Position numbers and translations under genes: made by a program. Under the pieces are notes generated by a model. The model ran no database searches. It was not told the DNA's origin and saw only the letters and a program-made list of their open reading frames with translations. Positions 24,845-37,597 of a DNA stretch of 64,000 nucleotides are shown here, piece after piece; within the stretch, counting starts at the first letter, position 1, and the number at the start of each line of letters is the position of its first letter. Source of the stretch: Octopus sinensis (lineage: Eukaryota); assembly GCF_006345805.1 (NCBI RefSeq), contig NC_043016.1, forward strand, positions 6,076,001-6,140,000, given 5' to 3'.

Positions 24845-25749
24845 TTAAGGTAGCAAGCTGGCAGAATAGTTAGGTTGTTGGGCAACCTTCTTTCCAGTTC
24901 TTTATATCCTGAATTCAAATTCTGCTGAGGTTGACTTTGCTTTTCACCTTTTTGGGATTGATAAAATAAGTACCAATTGAGTACAGGGACCAATACAACC
25001 AATTTAGCTCTCTCTCTTAAATTACTGGCCTTGAGTCTAAATTTGAAACCTTTATCATTTTTATTATTGTTAGCATGTTAGACAAAATACTTAGCAGCAT
25101 TTCTTCTAGTTCTCTACATTCTAAGTTCAAATTCCACTGGGATAACTTTACTATCCATCTTTTCAAAGTCTAAAATAAAGCACCAGTTTTAGTACTATTG
25201 TTGATGTAAGTGACTAAACCCTGCCCTCTAAAATTGCTGGCACAAGGCCAGCAATTTTAGAGGGCAGGGGTTAGTCAATTAAATTAAAAATGATTATTAT
25301 CATAATATTAAAATTAAAAATAATTATTATCGTAAGAGAAATCCTTATTGTTATTTGAAGAGTGATGAGTTGGTAAAGTTGTTAGAGCGAAAAGAAAAAT
25401 GCCTTGTGGTATTTGTAACATCAAGTCAACTTTTATCAATCATTTGGGGTTGAGAAGATGAAGTGAGATCAATTTAATTAACAAATCCACTCACCAGAAA
25501 ATTTCCAGTTTTGTGCTTTATGTTGGAATAGGGGTCTGTAAAGTGTTCGATACAGACCCCTTGAGGTATATGTGGCTATCCAAGTCAAATACTCTGACAA
25601 CATCAACATAAGGACTGAATTTTTGCTCTCTAACAATTTCATTATTTTCATTTAATTTCTTATTAACAGCAGTAATAACACAAAAGAATGAAGAAATTAT
25701 TGTTCTTGAATCAAGAAATTTTTTGTTCTCTCCATCCACTTCCCCCGCT

Positions 25750-25930
25750 ATTTTTTGGAGGGTCTTGACAGTAGAGTCCACCACAGAGTCCTATCATTAG
25801 ATTTTCCAGCTAGATTACCAAGACTTACTGACATTATAAATATTATCCAACCATCTCATTCTCAGTCTAGGATCTCCTGCCATTTGGCTCAGCTTGAAGA
25901 GCCTGTCTTGCAATTCTTTCTTTGACATTT
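25750..25930 (-). mobile_element. Old RTE C-terminal relic
   Basis: RLRMRWLDNI...SLGNLAGKSNDRTLW resembles the RTE terminal GRPRMRWLD...DR..W motif. Confidence 0.5.
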
Positions 25931-26715
25931 TTTTCTTTTATTAATTATGGTATTCAATTGTAGTTTTGAAATGAACATGATGGAGTCGATAAGTATCAAA
26001 AATTTCATTAAGGGAGTCAATGATTATAAATTTGCTAACCCCCAATGTTAGAAAAAACAATTAGAAATGTACAACTATTTTAATTGTCTCCCTTAACGTT
26101 TTAGTTCTAATCTTACCGTAGAAACTTTTTCATCATTGGAAGCTCGATAAAATAACTGCTAAGTACTGGAGTAGTTTAAATGAACTTGGCCTCATCATCA
26201 TCGCATCGGACAAAATGCCTGCAGGTATTTCTTCGGACTGATTACGTTCAAGTTTCAATGGTATTAATTTTGCCTTTAACTCCTCGGAATCGATAAAATA
26301 GAGTAACCAATCAATTATTAGGGATCAATTTTATCGATTATCCCCCTCTTCCAAAATTTCACGCCTTGTGCCTATTGTTTCATTTATATTTTTTATTAAC
26401 AAAAAAATTAATAATAATAGTGAAGATAATACGTTAAAATTATTTACTAATTATTTTACTAGTTTAAGCCATTGAACTGTGACCATGTATCATCGATTAA
26501 TTACATCAATCGCACTTGTTTCAAACAAATAAACATTTTATTGCCTGCGAAAGGACGAAAGTAAAAAAATGTAGCAGTACAAGAATGAGATATCGATAAC
26601 TTTAAATAAAGGTGAATGATGCAGGAATAGTTTGTATTTAAAGTAGATAAATTTTTTTTTAAATCTTATAAAAACATGTTGAAGTCGCAGAAATCTCAAA
26701 ATAAGGCGATCATAC

Positions 26716-26721
26716 TTTCAT
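26716..26721 (-). CDS. THOC6: THOC6 probable coding exon 1 (MK)
   Basis: Minus strand reads ...cccaagATGAAA|gtatga. The phase-0 donor matches the phase-0 start of the next exon. It lies in a CpG-richer, promoter-like stretch. Only 2 codons, so the assignment is tentative. Confidence 0.55.
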
Positions 26722-27039
26722 CTTGGGTTTCGCTTTCTCTTTATCAAAACATCCCAAGTTTAGATGATTTATAGGCCGTTAAATTGTATTTTAGTTTCTT
26801 TTAAATAGTTATATTTTAATATCAGTCTCGCGCCTTTTCTGGCAAGAACACAAACACACGAACGTGTGTTCAAAGAAAACAAAATTTAGAAGTCACTGTC
26901 AAACGTTTCCTTCTTAAAATTTACTAAACATACACTTTACTAAATAATATGGCGATCCTTTGGTATAGGTACCGTAAGTGGCTTTGTTTACATTTCTGGA
27001 GATAACAGAAACCCTTTTCTCCCATCCCTAACCCCCCCC

Positions 27040-27088
<49 letters not shown>

Positions 27089-27160
27089 CACTTTCTTGAA
27101 ATGTAGCCGGTACTTCCGATACCTATACCGAAGTAACGCCAATATATTGTGTAAACCCTT
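26722..27160. promoter_or_regulatory. Probable THOC6 5' UTR/promoter region
   Basis: Immediately upstream of the putative start; locally CpG-enriched; contains YY1-like AATATGGCG, ETS-like ACTTCCG and TCTCGCG motifs. Confidence 0.45.
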
Positions 27161-28129
27161 CAGTTTAATCGTTTTTATATAAAAGTAACATGACATATAT
27201 ATAAATAATCACTAATAGACAGATCGATAGTGATGAACATCTCGTGTCAGAAAGGTTCGCACCCCGGCATTTCGTCTGACTTTTAGGTTCTGGGTTTAAA
27301 TTTCGCTGAGGTCGACTTTGCCTTTCATTCTTTGGAATACCTACACAAGAATCTACCCTGGCACCACCACAACTTTGTTTCTCCATAAATTTCTACAAAT
27401 ACCTTTCACCTGGCGAAGATTCCGATTATATCGGGATTTAACGAGGAAAAACAAACTGGTCAGCACACACACACACAGAGCACAAAGCACAATCTTTCGA
27501 GTTTCATTTTGTAGATATGTTATGATGAAGGAAATTGGTCGTGGGGAGTTCACTTGTGTAGATATGACTATATTTTCGGGGGTCGATAATAATATTATGT
27601 GCCGCCAGCTTGGCCCTGGGGGTCAATGCAATTTACGTTCTGCTCCCTGGGGCCAAAATATGAAACCAATATTATGACATACATAAATACGTGCATAGAC
27701 ACTCGCGCGAGTGAATGCGTAAAGAAGCAATAAACTCCAACTTACATGCATGTCTGATTCGGGAAAAAGTTTGTGAAGAGAAGAAGGCATCGGTTTGAAA
27801 AAATGTGAAACTATGGAACTGAAAGAAAAACTAAGTGTTTCAACGGTGTCGAATATAAAAAGTTTACGGCTCTGAAATTATCCGTTTGATGATACGTGAA
27901 ACAATGAATAAACTAAACTAAGGCAGCGATTTGGCAGAAGCGTTAGAATTGCCGGGCGAAATGCTTGGCTGTATTCCGACTGTCTTTTTGCTCTGAATTC
28001 AAATTCCACCGAGGTTGACTTTGTGTTTCATCCTTTCGGGGTCGATAAATTAAGTACCAGTTGTGTATTAGGGTAGATCTAATCGACTAGCCCTCGCTCC
28101 CCACCACCAAATTTAGGTCCTTGTGTCTA

Positions 28130-28532
28130 GGATCTTTTCGGTTTGAACGGCAGTTTTTTCTAGCGGTGTCATATGAAATTGTCACCCATAATTATGACCC
28201 TAGTATCGATCTATTGCATTTCAATCTGTTTTAGGGTTAGGGTGGGGGGAAGGGTATCTTTTTTTTCTTCACAAATGTAAATAAACCCAATATGTTTCTT
28301 AAACGAGGGACATATTCATACGGCACAGAATGTTTTCATCTTCAATAAACGTCATTGATTAGTTGAAATTGAAGAAGAGAAACCAACAAATATCTTACAA
28401 ACTCTAGAATTTTCTCAATAAAGTCAAGAGAAAAAGATGTTTTATAAACGCATTCTACCAGTATACGAAGTTTAAAATTTTTTAGTTACCTAGAAATTAT
28501 GTTAAAAACTGCCGTTCAAACCGAAAAGATCC
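28130..28532. mobile_element. Merlin-like MITE, copy 2 (opposite orientation)
   Basis: Same TIRs and body; no 8-bp TSD (see findings). Confidence 0.85.
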
Positions 28533-28894
28533 CCACCGAGGTGACTTTGTGTTTCATCTTTTCGGGGTCGATAAATTAAGTACCAGTTGCGTACTAGGGT
28601 CAATCTAATTGACTAGCCCTTGCTTCCCCAAAATTTAGGGCCTTGTGTCTAGAGTAGAAAAGAATAAACAAACTAAAATTAATAATCTTAACACGAGTGG
28701 GGCGAGACAAATAACTCAGAATAGTTAGAAGCATGTATTTAAACAGCATAGGCAAATACAGGTATATTAAATAACATACAACGTAAATTCTTGATATGTT
28801 AAAATTATCTCTCAAAATTTATCTGTGGAAAGTAAACCCATGGAGCCGCTGTCAGGTCCTTTTTGTTGGCTTCTCCCCACCTCTTTTATAAAGT

Positions 28895-29168
28895 TGTGGT
28901 GTGAATTATGAAGAGGACAACAGAAAAGGAGAAAGGAAATATAATTAGGTCTTACCTCGGCGAAGATTAGTCTACCAAACTCAGCGAAGATCAGATCTCT
29001 CTCAACAAAGTCAATGCGTCTCGTCGCTTCCTCATCTCAGCTCGATCTGCCGCTTCGTTGATGCTACACGTGTGTCGTCCCTCACCGCTTCCACTTCCTG
29101 CCGCGCATGCGCCCTGCAAGCCCTACTCCCACCCTCCCCTATCTGTCCTCTTCTCCACCGACACCACA
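28895..29168 (-). repeat. 3' LTR of the Gypsy element
   Basis: Direct repeat of 32849-33122, preceded on the minus strand by the polypurine tract. Confidence 0.95.
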
Positions 29169-29235
29169 CGCCCCCCCTGATCTACAGATCACTGAACCGG
29201 CTTTCTCACTCGCTCCCCGCTCCCGAACTCGCACC

Positions 29236-32060
29236 TTAACTGGTTTCATAATCAGCCAACCAGGGAGGAGGGTGCCGTTCCCTCTGTGGTCGCAGTGCGA
29301 CCCTAGGACTGGTTCCTGGTATGTTGCTGCTGGCCTCATCCTCCTGTCTACTGGTGTTGTTTTCATCTTGCCCACTGCTGCTGGTCCCATCCTCTGAGGC
29401 ATGGACAATCCTCCGTATATCCAAAACATGGTGTGGCATACCATCGACCGAGATGTTATTCTTTGAATTTACAGAGGTTATTGTCCCCTTTCCCCATTGT
29501 GATGTACACCGTGCATTTGGGGGTTTTACCCAAACTTCTTCCCCGACCTGCACGAAGGCGTGCTCTTCCTCTGCCCCGGGTCGCATTGATGCAGTACACG
29601 GATGCCTCCACTCGTACCTGAATATTACCCTGTGTGGCACCGACTCCTCAGCCTGTCCTGATCTGGGCGACATATTGTACCAAAATACAGCATCGATTGG
29701 TGAAATGTGACCCCTCTCTGCCATGGCCTTGATGGTACGATGATGCCTTTCCACCACCCCATTTCCACTTGGCCGGTATGCCGCCCTGAAGAAGCGGTTG
29801 ACCTTCCACCCATCAAGCATTTCTTTCAGCATATCTAAGCGAAATGCAGTGCCATTATCCAGAAGCAGTTCATCCACGGGGCCTCGTTCCAGGAATATCT
29901 CATTCAACACTTTCACAATTTCTTCTGCGGTCTCCGTCTTCATCTCCCTCCATATGGCCAACCGCCCCGGTCCGCAGTCAACCATTGAGAGGTATGTCCC
30001 CTGCAAGTAGTGTGTTATGTCCACCGCCAGTCGTTTCCAGTCATGGTCCACTGGAATACTTCCCGCTTCATGTACGCCCGGAGCAGGGTTGATGGACTGG
30101 CACCTGTCACAACTGCTAACCACTCTTTGCACGCTCTGTCTTGTTACGTCGGAGTCAACTTTTCTGGCTAGGAACAATGTCCTATCCACACCCATGTGAT
30201 GCATGGTATGCAGTCTCCACAACTCCGAGTCACTTAGACGGCATACTGCAGCTACAGCCTGCTTCGCATCCTCTGGCACCTGCAACCAGGCTCGCTTTAC
30301 CCTGGTCAGGACGTCTGCCCTGTTCTTCTCGGAAAGCACAAAGATCACTCTCAGCTTCAGATTGAACTCAGTGGTTAGTTCACGCAGTATTCCCAATTGA
30401 CGCTTTACCAGATTCTCTGCAGCCCCTTTGGTCCACACCCTCCGCTCATTGGTGATGACTGCTGTCACCCAACCAAGTACAGTGGCCGAATCAGTCCTGA
30501 TTTCTATGGTGTGCAACCCCCACTTCAAGGCTAGATTCACCCCCTTCAACACGGCATCCAACTCCGCCGCATTGATATGATTGCAGTCATCCGTCTTCCT
30601 GAGCCAGGCTGCATCTTCCACCACGACGCCTCCCACTTCTAAGACAACCCCTGTTGCGATGCTACTGGCGTCACACCATACAATCCCGCTCTTTGATTTG
30701 GGAACATATCAGCTGCTCCTCACTGGGTCCTCTGCTCCTACTCTGACCAAGACTTCCTGCATCATGTCGATCGTCTTCTCCCCCACTCTATCATTCCACT
30801 TCACTCCTTCGGCTCGTCTCTTGATGAAGCTACGGAGCCAACCTGCAATCGGGTAATGTCCCACCAGCTTCCCACACACAGAGAACAGTTCCCGTCTACT
30901 CATGCTGGCGCCCAGTTCAGGGACCTCATTCCCTCGCCGGAACACCAAGGCACCGGCCTTGTCTCTCCATAGCTTGAGGCCCAGTGCAGCACCTCCCTCC
31001 ATAGCCTCTGGTGGCTTGGCGATCAGTCCAAAACTCTTCAGGTGGCCTATGACCTCCGTTGCTGGTATTACGGTTTCATCCACCAGAATGTCATCGATAT
31101 ACGAATTGGTGGCCCTTTTTACTCTGTCCACCTTTCCCAGGATGGCCTTTAGAATTGTTGCCATAATCTTTGGCGCTGAATTCAGCCAGAACCCCAACCA
31201 GTACGTCCGGCCCTTATACCTGACAAGCTGGTATTTCCACAATTTCTCAGCCACATGCACCTGTAGGTATGCCGACTTCAAATCGACAATCGTGGAGGCC
31301 CCTGTCATCTGCCTCCACTCTCGCAAGGTGTCTCCGCAGACATCCGTGGCCTCGCCGCCTGTATGACACGATACGTGGTCATTCAACTCTCGGAAGTCAA
31401 GCACTGGCCTGACCTTATGCTTTGTGGGCTGTATCACCGCCACCAGTGGCAGGACTCCGCTCTCTTCTTTTTCCCAAGGGATCAATATGCCCTCCTTAAT
31501 CCACTGCTCCACCTCCCCCTCGAACTCACTTCTGGCATCTCCTTTTAGAGTATGCTGATAGCAGCCCACTTTATTCTTTAACATCGGGGGCTCTCCCTTC
31601 CAGTGCCACTCCACTGTCCACCTCTTGCCATCAAAGACAGCCCGAAAATCCTGGTCTTCAATGGTGTGTGCAGCATCCTTTTCCTCACGGTTGTCACCGG
31701 TGCATGGTCTCGCCCTACACGGTTTCCCCACTAACCCAAATGTTACACCAGCCTCGTTAATGGTGACACCTCCCAAGCGGGTTATTGCATCCATCCCCAT
31801 CACCACGTCGATCTCGTCCACCAAGGGACCAACCACAATCGCTCACAGCGTCAGCTGTAGTCCCTGCACTACAATCCACGCATCTGTAACCCCTTCGCAG
31901 TGCACTTCTCTTCCGTCGACAGCTCTAACACTGCTTCCTCCACTCCACGTCTCTGCCACTTCTGCAGTCATCAGGGTTGTCGTGCAGCCCGTGTCCACAA
32001 GGGCTCGCGACATCTTCCCCTCCACCAGAATGTCGACCACAGGTAGCGATGATAAGCGCG
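29236..32060 (-). pseudogene. pol: Gypsy pol (protease, RT, RNase H, integrase), broken by frameshifts and stops
   Basis: ALVDTG (protease), VLDFRELN and YIDDIL (RT), NAAELDA and RTDS (RNase H), H-H-CxxC plus AVDIT/LLDNG/NGVVER (integrase), spread over ORFs 31843-32127, 30709-31836 and 29236-30636. Confidence 0.9.
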
Positions 32061-32063
32061 CTT

Positions 32064-32795
32064 CTACTGATCCAAAGGGACAACTACCAGCGCAGTAGTC
32101 TCCCGCAGTCCGTTTCCCCGCAGACACTCGCTAGCTATATGCCCCGGCTCTCGACACCAGTAGCAAATCACCTCAGGCTTGAGTGACACGCAGTCACGCA
32201 CCATGTGTGGACCTTGGCACTGGAAACACTGTCCTTTGAACGGTCGCACATGTTCTTTCTTTAGCCCCTCTCCGCTGCTCCTAGCTGGGCCACTTTTCGA
32301 TGTTGCAGTCACTGCTACCGACGTCATCCTGCTGCACGAAACTAGTACACATGCCCAAGATATGATGTCCGCCATCGGCATCGAATGCACATTCGGAAGC
32401 TGCAGTAGCTTGACCGCCAACCTAACTGTCCGGTCCAGCGACTCTCCCTCGTAACCTGCCAGTTTAGCCAATCTCCTAAGTTCATTGGCAAACACGTCCA
32501 CCTCTTGCCCAGTCCATCTTGTTCTACCCAGGCAAGCGTATGCCTCAAACATTCCCTCCACAAAGGCCTCCATCAACCGGACTTCCACTTTCTCCACGCT
32601 AAGTTGGTCTGTCTCTTCCATCTCTAAATACAATGCCAACGCCGGACCATCCAAGTACAGCGGCATGCAGCTCGCCAGGTCACCTATACCATGGAGCTTC
32701 GCCACCAACTTCACTTTCTTCAGCCAAGCGACTACATCCATGTCGCCGCAAAACGGTTTTAATATTTCGTGCGAAATATGGGCACTCATCATCAT
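32064..32795 (-). pseudogene. gag: Gypsy gag (two CCHC-type zinc knuckles)
   Basis: ORF with CFQCQGPHMVRDC and a degenerate CYWCREPGHIASEC. Confidence 0.85.
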
Positions 32796-32848
32796 TTTTA
32801 TTTATAAAACCGTGTGAGAATTGTTTTTGTTTATACCCCGAAATAGCT

Positions 32849-33122
32849 TGTGGTGTGAATTATGAAGAGGACAACAGAAAAGGAGAAAGGAAATATAATT
32901 AGGTCTTACCTCGGCGAAGATTAGTCTACCAAACTCAGCGAAGATCAGATCTCTCTCAACAAAGTCAATGCGTCTCATCGCTTCCTCATCTCAGCTCGAA
33001 CTGCCGCTTCGTTGATGCCAAACATGCGTTGTCCTTCACCGCTTCCGCTTCCTGCCACGCATGCACCCTGCAAGCCCTACTTCCGCCCTCCCCTATCTGT
33101 CGTCCTCTCCACCGACACCACA
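32849..33122 (-). repeat. 5' LTR of the Gypsy element
   Basis: Direct repeat of 28895-29168 with TG...CA termini. Confidence 0.95.
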
Positions 33123-34123
33123 AAGGTGTATAGTTCTGGCTGTAGTGCTGCCGATGATTGACTCAGCTATGGTTTGAGGACCTGACCGTGTCTCTAGCAA
33201 TAGCTTCAATGCCTTAGAGTGGTTTTAAGACGTGCTCAAGGCCACCTTTCTTAGGACATGGATTTTCACTAAGCACCATGAAAATATGTTAGACGGGTCG
33301 GAGTAGACATCATAGACTCCATTCCCTGGAACATATACTACATCTTCTGTGGATTCTACTTGCAGATATCCTTCCAGATGACATTCTACTCCATCGCCTG
33401 CTCCCACTTCATCTAGGCGCCCTGTCTTCACATTGCCTCTGCTCTACTTACCCATTCTTCCTTCACTAATGCTCTCCATTTCTCCTACACCATCTTCCTC
33501 TGCTTCTTGCTAACCGTGTCATATTGTGTTGCCAAGCTTTCGGATCTAGCCCTGCCCCTTGCCACACATCCAACAAAATCATTGTATGTCAGTTGCTCTA
33601 AGGCCTGCTAGACAGCCTTGCCCGTCATCCACTTGTCCTCTGTTCTCACTGCAATTCCTACACCAAGCACTAAGTGTCCTATATTTAATCTCTCAGTAAT
33701 AAAAAGCTAAGAGAATGGGCCAGGAACATGTTTGACTATGTGGGGAAAATGTGGATTCGCTTTCAAATCTTAGCTAAGGTATTCTGTAGCTTTTTGTTAA
33801 AAGTATCTGACAGCTATTTTGCGATTCCTTGGCCTGTGTGAGAAAGCGCTGATTCTTGTTGAAATACACGTGGCTTTCCACTGTGTGTTTCTTTCATTCA
33901 CGACTTAATAGCTGTCTCCTGCACCTCAACTTAACCAGCAGCAATAATTCTAACATCTTGTATAATGATGTGAGGAAGCATGGCATGATTTCATTACTCA
34001 ACACTCCTAAAACCATCACAGTTACTGGAAACATAGTGTGTATCACTCTGGGAGCATCAAAAGGATTTGCACATAAACATCTGTCATTTCTTCTGTTAGA
34101 CTTTTGGTGTTGGTTAAATTTTT

Positions 34124-34536
34124 GGATCTTTTCAGTTTGAACGGCAGTTTTTTCTAGCGATGTCATATGAAATTGTCACCCATAATTATGACCCCAGTAT
34201 CGATCTATTGCATTTCAATCTCTTTTAGGGTTAGAGTTAGGGGTGGGGGAAGGGTATCTTTTTTCTTCACAAATGTAAATAAACCCAATCTATTTCTTAA
34301 ACGAGGGACATATTCATACGGCACAGAATGTTTTCACCTCAATGGACGTCACTGATTGGTTGAAATTGCAGAAATTGAAGAAAAAAAACAACAAATATCT
34401 TACAAACTACAGAATTTTCTCTATAAAGCCAAGAGAAAAGATGTTTTATAAACACATTCTACCAGTATACAAAGTATAAAATTTTTTAGTTACCTAGAAA
34501 TTATGTTAAAAACTGCCGTTCAAACCGAAAAGATCC
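34124..34536. mobile_element. Merlin-like MITE, copy 3 (opposite orientation)
   Basis: Same TIRs and body; TSD not clear. Confidence 0.85.
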
Positions 34537-34784
34537 CATTTTCACACACACTTACAAACACAAGCACAAATATAAAAAGATGTAGACATGTATATATAGA
34601 TGTTCATACATTTCTGTGTACTTAAATAATATACACATACATACATCTGTGCATGTGTAAGTATTTATATGTGCATTTACATACGTACACTCACACACAC
34701 ATTCACACGTATGCATGTATGTATATATGATTGAATTCATATCTACATTTGTCTGTCTATCTAGCAAAATATCTATTTATCTTT

Positions 34785-35068
34785 GCATGTGTATGCATAC
34801 ATACATACACACATACAGACATACATGTGTACACACACATACATACATGCATATATACATACATGCATATATACATGCATGCATGCATGCATGCATACAT
34901 ACATACATACATACACACACATATACATACACACACACACACATACATACATGCATGCATGCATACACACATACATACATACATACATACATACATACAT
35001 GCATACATACACACACACACACACATACATACATACATACATACATACATACATACATACATACACAT

Positions 35069-35107
<39 letters not shown>

Positions 35108-35122
35108 CCACACACACACACA
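34785..35122. repeat. (CATA)n/(CA)n compound microsatellite
   Basis: Direct inspection. Confidence 0.95.
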
Positions 35123-36887
35123 CCTCCTGTTAAGAAGGGTTGCTAGAAAACCAGCAGGACTAAAAACAAAACCTAGCAAAAGGCAAGACAAATCCAATGT
35201 GGGTTCAATATCTATCAATAGCACTGGCTCTCAGAAACTCCGGATTGGTGTCTGGTGTACTGGAAGACCACTGGTAATGAGACACTCCTCAGCTTTTGTT
35301 AAAGCATGTCTTAAGGGGAGAAGGTCACCCTGGTTTAAAACCGGATACGTGGAGAATGACAGTGGTCATTTTGGGGTTCTTTAATCTGCACTCGAGATCA
35401 CAGCGCCCCCACACTCCTGAGGTTGTCACCCTCATTGGTACTTGAATATTTTCCCTCAGTTTCTCTCTGGATCATGTCAATAGGGCAGAAAGGATGTATG
35501 AGGTATGGTGCCAGCCTTATATGAACCTAAAATCATGCATATGCATTGCTGACATTTTGCTGCTTTAACTTTTAACTTTGAACTTAAGTGTTTTTTATTA
35601 TTGGAAGGTCCAGCGGTGATCGGAAGATGTCGAAGCATGCAGACCTATCATCATCATCGTTTAACGTCTGCTTTCCATGCTAGCATGGGTTGAAAACATG
35701 TAAGTCAGCAACATATACGTGAGCGGCCCATGTTAGTTACAAAGTCCACTCCTTATCATCCAAGAGAGCGATGGGGGTCGGCTACTGCGTATATCTGAGC
35801 AGCTCTGTAAGGACTGTGCGATTTGAGGTGCAGAGAATGGCTCTTTAGTACCACATCACACAGCCGTTACAATAAAAGAGAGAACTGATAGAACCATTTA
35901 CTTGCCAGATAGAAAAACAGACACAACCGCGTAAGATTAAGAGAAGATTTACTGACATGTTAACATTGTGTCTGTATGTTATTATGCGTGACGTGTATAC
36001 AGAATGATAGACAGGCCATCATGAGAACAAAATGTATGTGTGTAAGCATGTAAGCGCGCTCGCACACACACAATAATATACATGTACATACATAAAATAT
36101 GTTGCGTGAATTTATTAAGAATGGAGTATGTGTTTCTGGTTAGAACCCCCAGGTTTTCTCTCCTGAAATGGCCTGGTTAAGAGTTCATCCGGGCACAGGA
36201 ATGCTACTGAATACCTTGTAACTATGTTATGCTACCAACCAGCATGTTGCATTTATGTGTTCAAGAATTCAAAGGTGCCTAAAACAATCCCTCAAACATC
36301 ATCCTCAGATGTTTGGGTACGCCCCCTGGCGCACAAATTCCCTAGCCTCTAACCACCGCGAAAAGTTGAAAGAGACCGACAATTAGTGAAAGCAAATCTC
36401 TGGAAAAAATTTGGTATTATGATGCCATAACCACAAAATAGAAAAATTTAAATTTCTGGGGAGAATATAAAATTCTTATATTGAATGCACGTGCATGCGT
36501 TCAACGAACACACCTGCTTGTTGTTCCTTCACCTATCTTCGTCTTTTGTTTTCTGTAAATTTGAGCAATGTGTGTGTGCAGATATACGTGTATGTAAGAA
36601 TGTGTGTGAGTGTTTATGTACGTATGCATATACATACATTCACCTGTGTTTATGTATGTTTTATTCTTTGAGTTTCATTTAAGTTCTTCTCGAGAGATCT
36701 CAAGTAGGCCGCTAACAAGGCGACAAGACTTTTTGAGTTATCGGTGTTTGTAAACATGTGGTTAAGTTGATGCATTGCATGAGCTGTTGATGCACACACT
36801 CAAATGTGTGCATCTAACCACATAAGAATCTCAGATGAAGAATTTTTGGAATGTCTTACAAATCTTCACTGTGCCGTAATAGATTGA

Positions 36888-36894
36888 ATATGTA

Positions 36895-36933
<39 letters not shown>

Positions 36934-37172
36934 GTGTATGTGTGTGTGTATGTTTGTTTGTATGTATATGTGTGTGTATGTATATATGTATTTATGTGTG
37001 TATGTATGAATGTTTGTATGTATGTATGTGCGTGTGTATATGTATGTGTGCATGTATGTGTTTACATATGTATGTATATATGTATTTATGTGTTTATGTA
37101 TGAATGTTTGTATGTATCTATGTGCATGTGTATATATATGTGTGTATGTATGTATCTATGCATGCATGTATT
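36888..37172. repeat. (TG)n/(TATG)n compound microsatellite
   Basis: Direct inspection. Confidence 0.95.
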
Positions 37173-37597
37173 CATAGAGTAGTGTGAACTGCTCAGTTGT
37201 TTTGCCTTCACTGTGGTTTATAGAAACAAATATAAACAGATATGTTTTATAATTACTCTCCTCTTCCAGTATCTGTTCCAACTGACATCATGTTTTACAC
37301 TGTTTGCATCGTTGTTGTAATTAACAACTAATTAATAAACTTTTTCAGTTATCAACAACTAGTCATTTATTATTATTTATAGATAATATAACAGATAATA
37401 CACATCATTTTTGTGATATATATATTTATTCAATATGAAATGAAATATGAAAGAATAATAAATGTTATATTTTTATATATCATCTTTGATATATTTGTAG
37501 TGAATCTTGCAAGCATGAAATAGATTCGATCCACCGTAGCCAAATTTAAATTAACACTTCAACAGAACTTTTCCCATGGTGGAACAATGGTTTTTTC

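Larger units (their letters stand above)
28895..33122 (-). mobile_element. Complete but decayed Ty3/Gypsy-type LTR retrotransposon (4228 bp)
   Basis: Two 274-bp LTRs with TGTGGTGT...ACACCACA ends, flanks AAAGT/AAGGT (5-bp TSD, 1 mismatch), polypurine tract AGGGGGGG beside the 3' LTR, and domain order gag-PR-RT-RH-IN. Confidence 0.95.
28823..33680 (-). mobile_element. HERO-like (RLE-group) non-LTR retrotransposon relic, interrupted by the Gypsy insertion
   Basis: 33130-33680 reads in broken frames GAWTRWEQAMEWNVTWKDICKWNPQ...GVYDV...PSNIFSW and RHGQVLK. The reading appears to continue on the other side of the LTR element (28823-28894). Confidence 0.55.

Noticed and set aside
25518-25784. 88-aa ORF as a viral or novel gene
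   Set aside because: No recognisable motif; it begins within an RTE relic and has no ATG.
26949-26973. Plus-strand ATGGCGATCCTTTGGTATAGGTACC|GTAAGT as the first exon of a divergent protein-coding gene
   Set aside because: No convincing downstream plus-strand exon was found. The nearest acceptor (27514) gives an immediate stop or runs into SINE sequence. Kept only as part of the inverted-repeat finding.
34715-35384. Long His/Thr/Tyr/Ile or Cys/Val/Met ORFs (also 36856-37182 and 61785-63185)
   Set aside because: Translations of CA/TA/CATA microsatellites.
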